Source: Pseudomonadota bacterium (GTDB lineage Bacteria; Pseudomonadota; Gammaproteobacteria; DSM-16500). From it: a stretch of 64,000 nucleotides of DNA. The notes under the pieces were generated by a model. It did not search any database and was not told the origin of the DNA. It saw only the letters and a list, made by a program, of their open reading frames with translations. The stretch is from positions 5,323 to 69,322 of the forward strand of contig JAZKAT010000034.1 of the NCBI GenBank assembly GCA_040389045.1, written 5' to 3'. Below are positions 10,936 through 19,936 of the stretch, piece by piece (the first letter of the stretch is position 1; each line of letters starts with the position of its first letter). Both the position numbers and the translations under genes were made by a program.

Positions 10936-11853
10936 ATGGATAAAATCGACGTCACGGAAGCGGTCATTGAAGTAAAAAATTTCCTGCATAATTTGCAAAA
11001 TCGTATTTGTTCGATTTTGGAAATGGAAGATGGGCAGGGTAAATTTATTGAAGATATGTGGGCGCATGGTGAAGGTGGTGGTGGACGAACGCGGGCGTTG
11101 GCGCAAGGCAAGGTTATCGAAAAAGCCGGTGTGAATTTTTCTCATGTGCATGGTTTGGAACTACCCCCAGCAGCGACTGCCAAGCGGCCTGATTTGCAGG
11201 GACGGCGTTTTCAAGCGCTAGGGGTCTCGGCCATCATTCACCCGTTAAACCCTTACGCACCGACTTCTCATTTGAATGTGCGCTTCCTGGTAGCTGAGAA
11301 GCCTGATGCTGAGCCGGTGTGGTGGTTTGGCGGCGGTTTTGATTTGACGCCTTTTTATGGGTTTACCGAGGACTGTGAACTTTGGCACGCTAATGCCAAA
11401 AAAGCCTGTGAACCTTTCGGTAAAGACATTTATCCTCGTTATAAAAAATGGTGCGATGAATATTTTTATTTAAAACACCGAGCTGAGCCGCGGGGGATTG
11501 GTGGTTTATTTTTTGATGATTTAAATGAGGGGAAGTTTGAGCATTGTTTTGCCTTCATGAGAAATGTTGGCGATTATTTTATTGAAGCCTACCAGCCGAT
11601 TTTAGCACGACGCAAAGATATTCCTTACACGCAGCGGGAACGGGATTTCCAGTGTTACCGACGGGGCCGGTATGTGGAGTTTAATCTATTGTATGATAGA
11701 GGGACTTTATTTGGGATTCAGTCGGGAGGCCGGACAGAATCAATCTTATTATCGTTGCCGCCGGTGGTGATGTGGGAATATCAGAATGCAGTTGAACCGG
11801 GAAGCCCTGAAGCAGAGTTATACGATAAGTTTTTAATTGCCAAGGATTGGTAG
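10936..11853 (+). CDS. hemF: oxygen-dependent coproporphyrinogen III oxidase
   Basis: [58 protein letters not shown]. Confidence 0.93.
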   Translation: MDKIDVTEAVIEVKNFLHNLQNRICSILEMEDGQGKFIEDMWAHGEGGGGRTRALAQGKVIEKAGVNFSHVHGLELPPAATAKRPDLQGRRFQALGVSAIIHPLNPYAPTSHLNVRFLVAEKPDAEPVWWFGGGFDLTPFYGFTEDCELWHANAKKACEPFGKDIYPRYKKWCDEYFYLKHRAEPRGIGGLFFDDLNEGKFEHCFAFMRNVGDYFIEAYQPILARRKDIPYTQRERDFQCYRRGRYVEFNLLYDRGTLFGIQSGGRTESILLSLPPVVMWEYQNAVEPGSPEAELYDKFLIAKDW

Positions 11854-11905
11854 ATTCTTTTCTCGCCTCTTACCTAAAACTTTATAAAGCGCCAACTGAA
11901 CGCTC

Positions 11906-11964
11906 TTCACCTCTCCCCTTGTGGGAGAGGTCGGCGCCGAAGGCGACGGGTGAGGGGTGGGGTG
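11906..11964. repeat. GC-rich REP-like hairpin element between convergent hemF and the carrier-protein gene
   Basis: TTCACCTCTCCCCTTGTGGGAGAGGTCGGCGCCGAAGGCGACGGGTGAGGGG. It contains CCTCTCCC/GGGAGAGG and GTCGGCGCC/GGCGACGGG stems and differs from the local AT-rich context. Confidence 0.6.
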
Positions 11965-11967
11965 TAT

Positions 11968-12201
11968 TCACGATATTTTATCTTCAACCAGCTTCAAAAT
12001 CGAATTAACCGAATCAAAATCCTTCACATGAAAAGTATGCGCGTAAAAATCAATATGGTATTTTTCCTCTAGCCAGGTCGCCAGCTCAATTACTTTAACT
12101 GAACTTAACCGCCCACTCACCACTAGCGAATCATCGTCGCCAAGCTGCTGATTATCCGAGCCTAACAGTGATAAAACACGTTCACGTATTTCATTCTTCA
12201 T
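11968..12201 (-). CDS. DltC-like aminoacyl/acyl carrier protein
   Basis: 77 aa. SGRLSSVKVIELATWLE aligns with DltC GLLDSFGTVELLLAIE, so the phosphopantetheine Ser is conserved. Only 3 nt lie downstream of the MBOAT stop. Confidence 0.65.
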   Translation of the reverse strand: MKNEIRERVLSLLGSDNQQLGDDDSLVVSGRLSSVKVIELATWLEEKYHIDFYAHTFHVKDFDSVNSILKLVEDKIS

Positions 12202-12204
12202 AAC

Positions 12205-13656
12205 TTACCACTTAAATCCAAACAAACTGCCAAAAAATTTAAAATTATTCATGATACTGATATCCTGATAGGGAGAATTAAACAAACACAACACACAATA
12301 AAACAATAATACAGAAATTGAAGACATTAAACTAGTTACAGCTTTATCTTGCGCTTTATTTTCCTCCAAGCTCCGCAACTGAGAAAAACCAATACTGATT
12401 CCCAAAATCACAGCATATAATATATAAGGTAGAAATCCTCGATAAGCTCTGCCCAAACCAAGAGACATCATCACCGGCGTCAACAACAAAAAATGGAAAA
12501 TAATATTTCCAAAAGTCGCCGCGCTCAATGTCGTGCAGAACATTCTTAACTTTGGCATTTTCTTAAAAAATTTAAAGAACGTTGGATAAAAGAAAAATTC
12601 AACCAGTAATTCTTTAAAATAATAATTATAACGGTTCCAATATTCGGCAATAGTACGCGCCTGCAAGGGCTTATAAGTATTACGCAATATCCGAAAACCA
12701 CACATTCGACAACAAGCTACAAAAAAATGCCCCGTCACTGTCAACTCTAACATCATTCGAAAAAATCTATCAATCAAACAAGTCCAAGCCTTCCAGATAG
12801 GATAATGCAACCCTTGATTATAATCGTGTAATGCCTCCATTAATTTAGGCATTTTAAAACCGTCTTCGAATTGATAATACAAATGTAAAAGACAATATAA
12901 AATAAAAGCCCACCAAATCAGCTTGATGCCTTTTAATTGCGTCACCGCAAATTCTTCACTGTTTTTTGCTTCCACTTGCTGCAAATAAATCGAACCCTTC
13001 CCATAAGGCAGCGCGGTAAAACCCCATACCGGCAAATAACGCGCATAATCCAATAAAAAATTGCGCTTATTCGTGAAACGGCTTTCATGCAGCGTGTAAC
13101 CGACAAACCAAAAATAATGATTCATTACCGCAATATAGGACCATAATAAAAACCCTTGCATTTTGGTTAACGGAGCCAAGGCAGCAACCAAAATTAAAGA
13201 GAAAATTAAACAAATATAAAGCGTAATAGGATAACGGAATATTCGGAAGCGGTTATAATAGGTAACTAAAAAAATTAGCGTTTCAGAAATTACTATCATC
13301 AATGCCAAGTCTATATATTTAATCACTGCAGTACCAAAATAATTGTCCGAATTATTTCTGAAAATTTCAAATAAATAATTCGCCCTAAATAATACCCAGT
13401 CAGGTTGTTCTTTAATTAGAAGGTTATTTAGCAACAAACAGAACATACCACAGAATAAAATTATGTAACGATACTTCGGTAAAAATGTTATAACCGCCAC
13501 CGTGGCAATGGCGACATTCCGCCAGAGCACCGGAAAAATATTCGTATTAGCCATGAAAAATGCAAAGATCAACACCAAAATAATTTTAAAAAATGGCCGC
13601 TGCGCAAAATAAATTATGGTGGGGTTCTGATCGATGGGAAATATATTTTTTAGCAC
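12205..13656 (-). CDS. MBOAT-family (DltB/AlgI-like) polytopic membrane acyltransferase
   Basis: 483 aa and highly hydrophobic. MCGFRILRNTYKPLQARTIAEYWNRYNYYF...ATFGNIIFHF aligns with AlgI [30 protein letters not shown]...LLGGLWHGA. The predicted GTG start overlaps the adenylase stop. Confidence 0.72.
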   Translation of the reverse strand: MLKNIFPIDQNPTIIYFAQRPFFKIILVLIFAFFMANTNIFPVLWRNVAIATVAVITFLPKYRYIILFCGMFCLLLNNLLIKEQPDWVLFRANYLFEIFRNNSDNYFGTAVIKYIDLALMIVISETLIFLVTYYNRFRIFRYPITLYICLIFSLILVAALAPLTKMQGFLLWSYIAVMNHYFWFVGYTLHESRFTNKRNFLLDYARYLPVWGFTALPYGKGSIYLQQVEAKNSEEFAVTQLKGIKLIWWAFILYCLLHLYYQFEDGFKMPKLMEALHDYNQGLHYPIWKAWTCLIDRFFRMMLELTVTGHFFVACCRMCGFRILRNTYKPLQARTIAEYWNRYNYYFKELLVEFFFYPTFFKFFKKMPKLRMFCTTLSAATFGNIIFHFLLLTPVMMSLGLGRAYRGFLPYILYAVILGISIGFSQLRSLEENKAQDKAVTSLMSSISVLLFYCVLCLFNSPYQDISIMNNFKFFGSLFGFKW

Positions 13657-15236
13657 GCGGACTCTCCCGTGCTGCTCTCAATACTTTTTACCCACTCAGC
13701 CAAAGCGGTCCTATCCAATTTACCGTTTGTATTATAAATTAAAGCATCTCGATAAAGCATACGCGCGGGCAACATATACTTCGGCAAACGTTCCGCCAAT
13801 TGCGCGACTAGCGCACTGAAATCCAATTTGCTGAAATTGGTAACCACCACAATTTCTGGGTTATCGCCCACCGTAACAATACATGCAGCGACTTCATTGC
13901 ACTCGGTGATGGCCCGGAAATAAAATTCAATTTCCTCCAATTCCACGCGGTTCCCTAAAATTTTAGCTTGGCTATCCAGCCTGTTTATATAATGAAAAAC
14001 GGCATGACTATCTTGATAACAATAATCACCGGTCAAAAACCAGCCCTGCATACCCCAATCTGGATGAGTTAATTTTTTAAATTTTTGCGCTGACAAATTA
14101 TTATCGTGCCAGTAACCTTCAGCTACTTGTGGGCCTGCAATGACTAATTGCCCTTTTTGTCCTGGCGGTAAAAATTTTTCGTTAACATCAATGAGAGCAG
14201 CAATCATTTTTGCAAAGGGTTTACCGATTGCTACCTGGTCGCGATAAAAATTCTCATTAGGCTCATAAATTTGTCCCAGGCAATCTATAGTCACTTCGGT
14301 AGGGCCATATAAATTTTCCAGTTGACTAGCCGGGGCCGCCACGGCCCACGCTTGTGCTTGTGCCAAAGTCAAAGCTTCACCGGTGAATAAACTATATTTT
14401 AACGTGGGAAAACCATTGGGCCTTAATATTTTTAATCTTGCCATATTATTTATAACACTAGGTACCGACAACCACACGCTAAGTTGATTTTCATAAATGA
14501 ATTTTGCTGGGGCCATCTGGGTATCGTCAGGCACCACATACAAGGCAGCGCCAGCGCCAAAAGCCAGACCCATATCAAATACCGAAACATCAAATGATAA
14601 AGTGGAAAATTGCGACACTCGGTCCTTAGCTGTCAATGGATAGCGAGCACTCACAGCCTTGATGAAACTACCCAAATTTCCAAATGAAATAGGTACACCT
14701 TTAGGCTCGCCTGACGATCCAGAGGTAAATATAATGTAGGCTAAATCCGTTGCTTCAACCTTGCTTGCAGCTAGGGATATCGTGTCTTCAGCCTGGATAT
14801 CTTCTAATGTTATTTTTTTAAATGGTGTTGCCGAGGAAGTTAAAACAAAATTTTCCACCATGGGTTTTCGTAAGGCATCCACAATATAGCCATCTAACTG
14901 GGCGCTTTCGATAATTTTTTTCAAACGTGATAAGGGATAGCGCGGATTTAATGGCACATACGCGCAACCAAGCCAATGCGCGGCGAGCACACCCAAATAC
15001 GCTTCAAGACTTTTCGATGCCAGGATACCTAACCGCTGAATATTATTTTTCTTCAATACGCTGGCAAGCTGGCGGGTTTTTTTTATCAAGTCGCCGTAAC
15101 TTATCGTCTTATTATCTATGACTAGAGCGGATAAATTCGGGTGCGACAAACCGTGCGCACTGACCAGTTGAGCAAGACTAATCGCATCTTGGGTGAGAGG
15201 GGATAATACTGGATCAGCATCGGTATGATTCGCCAT
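13650..15236 (-). CDS. stand-alone adenylation enzyme (DltA-like / NRPS A-domain, AMP-binding family)
   Basis: All A-domain cores were read directly: LAYIIFTSGSSGEPKGV (A3), FDVSV (A4), NLYGPTE (A5), GQLVIAGPQVAEGYW (A6), FLTGDY (A7), LGNRVELEEIE (A8), LPKYMLP (A9), NGKLDR (A10). Confidence 0.88.
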   Translation of the reverse strand: MANHTDADPVLSPLTQDAISLAQLVSAHGLSHPNLSALVIDNKTISYGDLIKKTRQLASVLKKNNIQRLGILASKSLEAYLGVLAAHWLGCAYVPLNPRYPLSRLKKIIESAQLDGYIVDALRKPMVENFVLTSSATPFKKITLEDIQAEDTISLAASKVEATDLAYIIFTSGSSGEPKGVPISFGNLGSFIKAVSARYPLTAKDRVSQFSTLSFDVSVFDMGLAFGAGAALYVVPDDTQMAPAKFIYENQLSVWLSVPSVINNMARLKILRPNGFPTLKYSLFTGEALTLAQAQAWAVAAPASQLENLYGPTEVTIDCLGQIYEPNENFYRDQVAIGKPFAKMIAALIDVNEKFLPPGQKGQLVIAGPQVAEGYWHDNNLSAQKFKKLTHPDWGMQGWFLTGDYCYQDSHAVFHYINRLDSQAKILGNRVELEEIEFYFRAITECNEVAACIVTVGDNPEIVVVTNFSKLDFSALVAQLAERLPKYMLPARMLYRDALIYNTNGKLDRTALAEWVKSIESSTGESAC

Positions 15237-15311
15237 ATATCCTTATGTCATATCCTATGTAAGATGCCAGCCACCCATGGTAATATTATTGATAAAACCA
15301 GGGCCTGCCAT

Positions 15312-16169
15312 ATGTTTTTTATCACTTTGATAATGGGTGTTCTCGCCGGGCTGATTGCCATCACGGTTATCAGCCGTTACACCAAAAATCAAACTATAAT
15401 CAGCGCGCTCACTGTGTCCATCATCGTAGCTACTATGAGTCTTGCTAAAGTTTATGTGGTCACCTACGTCCATGCCGCCACATATGAATATTATTTAAAA
15501 AAAGATGATCCAGTTTGTCTATTAATAGCCACTACCTATCCAGACAGGTTTAAAAGCTATATAAAGAATATAAAACAAATCATCCGTAAAAATGAAGGAA
15601 AAGATACGCAACTTTTTTCTAAAATCGAATTATTAAATACTATTTTTAACCTCACCGCTTCAAAAGCATCTAATGATAGTATTTATGCCTATTATCAAAG
15701 CGAACTGGCCCTCTACAAAGCCTTATATCTTATCGATCCAGATTTGGTATTATTCATGGAATATACATCAAAATTCAAGAAAAAGCTGAACCCCGGACTG
15801 GCGGTCTTGCTAAGTGGAGAACTACGGGTAAATGATATTACCGAGAAAAAAGAAGCTGTCATTTTATCTGCAATTAAAACACCCCAGCCCCCATTAACCA
15901 CTCAAGAGAAAGAGCACGCTACTGAATTATTACATAACATACTGGTGGGTCTTGCCCATCAATTCGGCGAGAAAACAGTAGTAGCAATGACAACAAATCC
16001 CACTGATTCGCCGATTGACAAAGCTAGCGCGGCATTATTTATCATCACTTTTTACCAAAATATACTGACCTTAGGTAAAGATGACGTGGGCACTATTTTC
16101 AGATACTTCTATAACGGTCAATCCGCCAGTGAAAGTCTGGATGACACGACTGCCAATAATAGAACTTAG
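15312..16169 (+). CDS. hypothetical membrane protein (two N-terminal TM helices), family unknown
   Basis: ORF 15225..16169. The ATG at 15312 (MFFITLIMGVLAGLIAITVI) avoids overlap with the divergent adenylase gene. No motif recognised. Confidence 0.5.
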   Translation: MFFITLIMGVLAGLIAITVISRYTKNQTIISALTVSIIVATMSLAKVYVVTYVHAATYEYYLKKDDPVCLLIATTYPDRFKSYIKNIKQIIRKNEGKDTQLFSKIELLNTIFNLTASKASNDSIYAYYQSELALYKALYLIDPDLVLFMEYTSKFKKKLNPGLAVLLSGELRVNDITEKKEAVILSAIKTPQPPLTTQEKEHATELLHNILVGLAHQFGEKTVVAMTTNPTDSPIDKASAALFIITFYQNILTLGKDDVGTIFRYFYNGQSASESLDDTTANNRT

Positions 16170-17524
16170 TTGCCCGTATCGGTTTGCAAATCAAAGACAC
16201 TCCCTACGTGTTGTCTTTTCGTAACTTCTTCATGTGATTCGCAATAAGTTTCTTTCAAAAAGAATGTCATCACTATCGCTAACATTAAGCCAATCGGCAC
16301 TACACTTAACGCATAAGTATAATCCGCGGGAGCATAATTCGGGATAGCACCAGCCAAATTGGTACTCGTAGTATGATAATCCAATAATTTCCCGACCACA
16401 GGCTGGAAAATCGCACCACCGATCATAATTAAAGTATTGGTCACCGCAACTGCCGTACCCGAAATATAATTAGGATTGTTTTCTTTACCCAGGGCGAAAC
16501 ATAAGGGATGCGCACCACAAAAAATACCGATAAAGAAAAAGAGTACATACAAATAAAACAATGAAATATTTGGCACATAAAACACAATGGACAGCAACAC
16601 CGCCGCCATAACCGCGCAAATCATCAAAGGCAAGCGTCTACGTTTATAATAGTCAGACAACATTCCAATAGATGGGCCCGCGATAATCCAGCCGATAAAC
16701 GTCATACTTACCACATAAGCCGCGACTTCAGGCGTAAGATTGTGCACGGTTTTGAGATAGGGAATTGCCCACAAATCTAAAAAGACCGAAGCTGGCAGAT
16801 AAAAAAGACAGCCGATCACACCAATCAACCACATTTGTGGCTTTAACAAAACAATTTGCAATGAATGTAACAAATCACGAAACGCCAGCGGCGCTCGATT
16901 CGCGCCGGGTTGTGATAAAGCAACTTTCGGCTTATTGCGCATGAATAACAAGATAAAAACACTTAATACCACACCTACCAGCAGCGCCGTGTATAACGCA
17001 TTTTTGTAACCTAATAACTGCACGAACTTAGTCAGATAAATATCCGAAAAAATTGCCGAAGCCATGCCAAAAGCCGTAGTCAATCCCGCAATAGTCGCAA
17101 ACCGATTAGGTGCCAGCCATAAAGACGCCAGCTTTAACACGCCAATGTAAGCAAACGCCGTACCAAAGCCAATCATGAAACGACCCAGACTCGCCATGCC
17201 CAGACTATTAGCGCCGATAAAAATGCTCAAACCGATAATCGCAATCAAACACGCAAAAAACAATACGATGCGCGCACCAAACCGGTCGTAAATCATGCCG
17301 ATAGGGACTTGCATAGGAGTGTAAGCGTAATAATAAAAAGCGGCGAGATTTCCAAATTGATACGCGGTGATATGAAGGCTTTGCATTAAATCGTTTTGCA
17401 TGACACTGGGGGAAACACGAAGAAAATAATTATAACAATAAAATAACATCCCCAAACTACAAATCAACCACGGTAAAACAGATCTATCAAAAAAGCTAAC
17501 CGCGGTACTATTTTCTGCTTTCAT
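16166..17524 (-). CDS. MFS transporter
   Basis: 452 aa with about 12 TM segments. The MFS loop motif GMIYDRFGAR lies between TM2 and TM3. Confidence 0.85.
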   Translation of the reverse strand: MKAENSTAVSFFDRSVLPWLICSLGMLFYCYNYFLRVSPSVMQNDLMQSLHITAYQFGNLAAFYYYAYTPMQVPIGMIYDRFGARIVLFFACLIAIIGLSIFIGANSLGMASLGRFMIGFGTAFAYIGVLKLASLWLAPNRFATIAGLTTAFGMASAIFSDIYLTKFVQLLGYKNALYTALLVGVVLSVFILLFMRNKPKVALSQPGANRAPLAFRDLLHSLQIVLLKPQMWLIGVIGCLFYLPASVFLDLWAIPYLKTVHNLTPEVAAYVVSMTFIGWIIAGPSIGMLSDYYKRRRLPLMICAVMAAVLLSIVFYVPNISLFYLYVLFFFIGIFCGAHPLCFALGKENNPNYISGTAVAVTNTLIMIGGAIFQPVVGKLLDYHTTSTNLAGAIPNYAPADYTYALSVVPIGLMLAIVMTFFLKETYCESHEEVTKRQHVGSVFDLQTDTGN

Positions 17525-17725
17525 GCGTCTTGTATCCTCTCGTAAAAACTATTATTAGAGTAATATTTGTGGATAAATCTAAGAGCCTGAGTGTCAACGT
17601 CATGATAGCCTAAAGTACTTAGATTATGCCGCTATTTGTGTGGGATGAAATTTATACCAGATGAACATACAAAATTCCAGTTTTTTCGAGTAAGGGGGAC
17701 GGTGAGTTAAAAATTAGCCTATTCT

Positions 17726-18694
17726 TTAGGCACAAAGTATGTTATTCAAATCAACAATTTCCTTGCTGGTTATGATTCTTGGGCCAGCCGTAGGGTCTGG
17801 AATAGGCTGTAATGACAATTGATCGCGTAGCATACTAGCCATCTTGTGCGTAGCGCCCGAGAGCAAGCCTTTGACCGCCAGGTAACCCATATTAGATGCG
17901 ACATTGCGGTCTAACAGAGTAGGCGAACCACCACGTTGAATATGCCCCAGGATACAAACTCGATAAGGAAAGCCGGTTAATTTTTCCAATTCTTCCGCAA
18001 TTTTTATCGTCCTGCCTGGTTGATTGGCTTCGGCCACCACAATGATGGAACTTTGTTTTTTACGCCGTGGCGCTTGAATCGCCGTCGCGAAGTCGGTCAT
18101 GGTAATGGGAAATTCGGGCAATAAAATAAACTCGGCGCCACCTGCCAGTCCAACATCCAAGGCCAGAAAACCAGAACTGCGTCCCATGACTTCGACCAGG
18201 AAATGCCGGTCATGACTGGAAGCCGTATCCCGCACCTTATCAATCGCTGACAGTGCGGTATTGCGCGCCGTATCAAAACCAATCGTGTAATCCGTATTGA
18301 GAATATCATTATCGATGGTACCCGGGATGCCAATAACGGCGGGGCCACCCTCGGAAGATAATAAGGCCGCACCTTTGAAACTGCCGTTACCGCCTATGAC
18401 CACCATCCCATCAACCTGTTGTTCTTTTAAAAATTCACGGCAAGTATCTCGGGTAGTTTTTTCAAGAAAAGCCGTGGTACGGCCCGCTTTTAAAATCGTG
18501 CCCCCCAATTGAATACAATTGGCCACGCTTTCTGGCTCAAGGGGAAATAATTCTCTATCAATCAAACCCTGAAACCCTTGCCTGCAACCGAAGGTTTTTA
18601 CCCCATAATGATGCGCCGTTCTTACCACAGCGCGAATTGCCGCATTCATTCCGGGGGCATCACCGCCCGAAGTCAAAACTATGATCTTTTTCAT
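17726..18694 (-). CDS. pfkA: ATP-dependent 6-phosphofructokinase
   Basis: VLTSGGDAPGMNAAIR, PGTIDNDILNTDYTIGFDTA, VEVMGR, LGHIQRGGSPT. Colinear with E. coli PfkA. Confidence 0.92.
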   Translation of the reverse strand: MKKIIVLTSGGDAPGMNAAIRAVVRTAHHYGVKTFGCRQGFQGLIDRELFPLEPESVANCIQLGGTILKAGRTTAFLEKTTRDTCREFLKEQQVDGMVVIGGNGSFKGAALLSSEGGPAVIGIPGTIDNDILNTDYTIGFDTARNTALSAIDKVRDTASSHDRHFLVEVMGRSSGFLALDVGLAGGAEFILLPEFPITMTDFATAIQAPRRKKQSSIIVVAEANQPGRTIKIAEELEKLTGFPYRVCILGHIQRGGSPTLLDRNVASNMGYLAVKGLLSGATHKMASMLRDQLSLQPIPDPTAGPRIITSKEIVDLNNILCA

Positions 18695-18822
18695 AAGCCG
18701 GTTCCATTTACGTAAAGTTTCAGCGGGGGCCGCTGTCCATTTTTAAAAAAGGATAGCACAAACCAGAATTTAGTATTAAATTATAACGTCAATCTTAAGA
18801 TTATTCTCAAGGAGAATGAAAT

Positions 18823-19134
18823 ATGAAATTTAAAACATTAGCCATTATGGCTGCCGCAGCACTGCTTACTGCACCACTTGCTTATGCTGCTCCAACCACA
18901 CTTGCAGCTGATGATATGGGCGCTACGAGCCCATCGGCAGATATGGGTAACGTTGGTGCTCCAAACAGTAGTGAAATGTCTACCACTACCGGCGGACCAC
19001 AAGCCAGCAATGATATGATGCCAGGCTCACCTACCGTCATGGGCGCCAATCAAGGCAGCCAAACACCTACCGATTCCAGCAACAGTAATGATGATATGAG
19101 CGCCGATACCGCAACCGGCGATGATGATTATTAA
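18823..19134 (+). CDS. secreted acidic, Met/Asp/Ser-rich low-complexity protein
   Basis: AAGGAG RBS and a signal peptide MKFKTLAIMAAAALLTAPLAYA|AP. The mature part is disordered-looking, with repeated D/E-M motifs. A strong terminator follows. Confidence 0.7.
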   Translation: MKFKTLAIMAAAALLTAPLAYAAPTTLAADDMGATSPSADMGNVGAPNSSEMSTTTGGPQASNDMMPGSPTVMGANQGSQTPTDSSNSNDDMSADTATGDDDY

Positions 19135-19157
19135 TTCATTAGCCTGAAATCCCATCT

Positions 19158-19193
19158 TCCTTCTCCCCTCGGGAGAAGGAGTTTTTCTTTTTT
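19158..19193 (+). terminator. rho-independent terminator
   Basis: A 10-bp stem TCCTTCTCCC / GGGAGAAGGA is followed by GTTTTTCTTTTTT. Confidence 0.8.
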
Positions 19194-19293
19194 AATCAAA
19201 ACCTTACAAATATCTAGCATAAATGCTTAGTTGACTAGTTTATAATAATTAGTACAGCTTCTTTTTTCATCGCTATTTAAATAAGGGAAAGAT

Positions 19294-19818
19294 ATGGACA
19301 AGTTTATTGGCGATTACAGAATACTCGTGGTGGATGATGTTAAAGATATCCATACTATCTTTAACCGGATTTTGACTTATCAACCACAAATTAAAGCTGG
19401 GCAGTCAACTCCGATCCTGCAAACTCTACCGACTTTTAAAATTGATGACGCGTTCCAGGGCGAAGACGCATTAAATCTGGTAAAACAAGCATTAGCGGAC
19501 AATAAACCTTATGCCTTAGCATTTGTCGACATTCGCATGCCACCCGGCTGGGATGGCATAAAAACCATTCAGCAAATCTGGGATGTAGACAAAGACATCC
19601 AGATAGTCATTTGTACGGGGGGTTCGGATTATTCATGGGAAGAAACCGTAGTAAAACTCGATAACATTGAAAATTTTCTCATCTTGAAAAAACCCTTTGA
19701 TGCCGTAACTGTGCGGCAAATAGCCTGTGCTCTGACCACCAAATGGCGGCTCACTCAACAAGCGCGTCTGTATACGGAAAAGCTCGAGAAACTAGTGGCT
19801 GAGATAAAACCCTCTTAA
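19294..19818 (+). CDS. stand-alone response-regulator receiver (REC) protein
   Basis: ILVVDD, the phospho-acceptor context LAFVDIRMPPGWDG, VICTGG (Thr) and LKKPF (Lys). It is about 70% identical to the N-terminus of the next gene. Confidence 0.85.
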   Translation: MDKFIGDYRILVVDDVKDIHTIFNRILTYQPQIKAGQSTPILQTLPTFKIDDAFQGEDALNLVKQALADNKPYALAFVDIRMPPGWDGIKTIQQIWDVDKDIQIVICTGGSDYSWEETVVKLDNIENFLILKKPFDAVTVRQIACALTTKWRLTQQARLYTEKLEKLVAEIKPS

Positions 19819-19936
19819 ATAAGCCAGGCAATTTTTGTAAATAAAATAATGTCTTACGAATAACTTGGCCAACCACTAAGCTGGCTAGTTTATAATAAAA
19901 GGATTACTAACTCACGCTTTCGAGTAGGTAGCAGAT

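Noticed and set aside
10689-11111. A 140-aa ORF antisense to the cysS/hemF junction, plus many 60-116-aa antisense ORFs inside lepA, era, gltX, cysS, gdhB and others.
   Set aside because: All lie within strongly supported conserved genes, lack RBSs and show no motifs. They are treated as noise in the six-frame track.
16166-16169. Convergent genes with overlapping stop codons. In TTAG, TAG ends the + strand unknown protein and TTA is the complement of the TAA ending the MFS gene.
   Set aside because: It is real but trivial, a consequence of compact genome packing. No functional inference is warranted.
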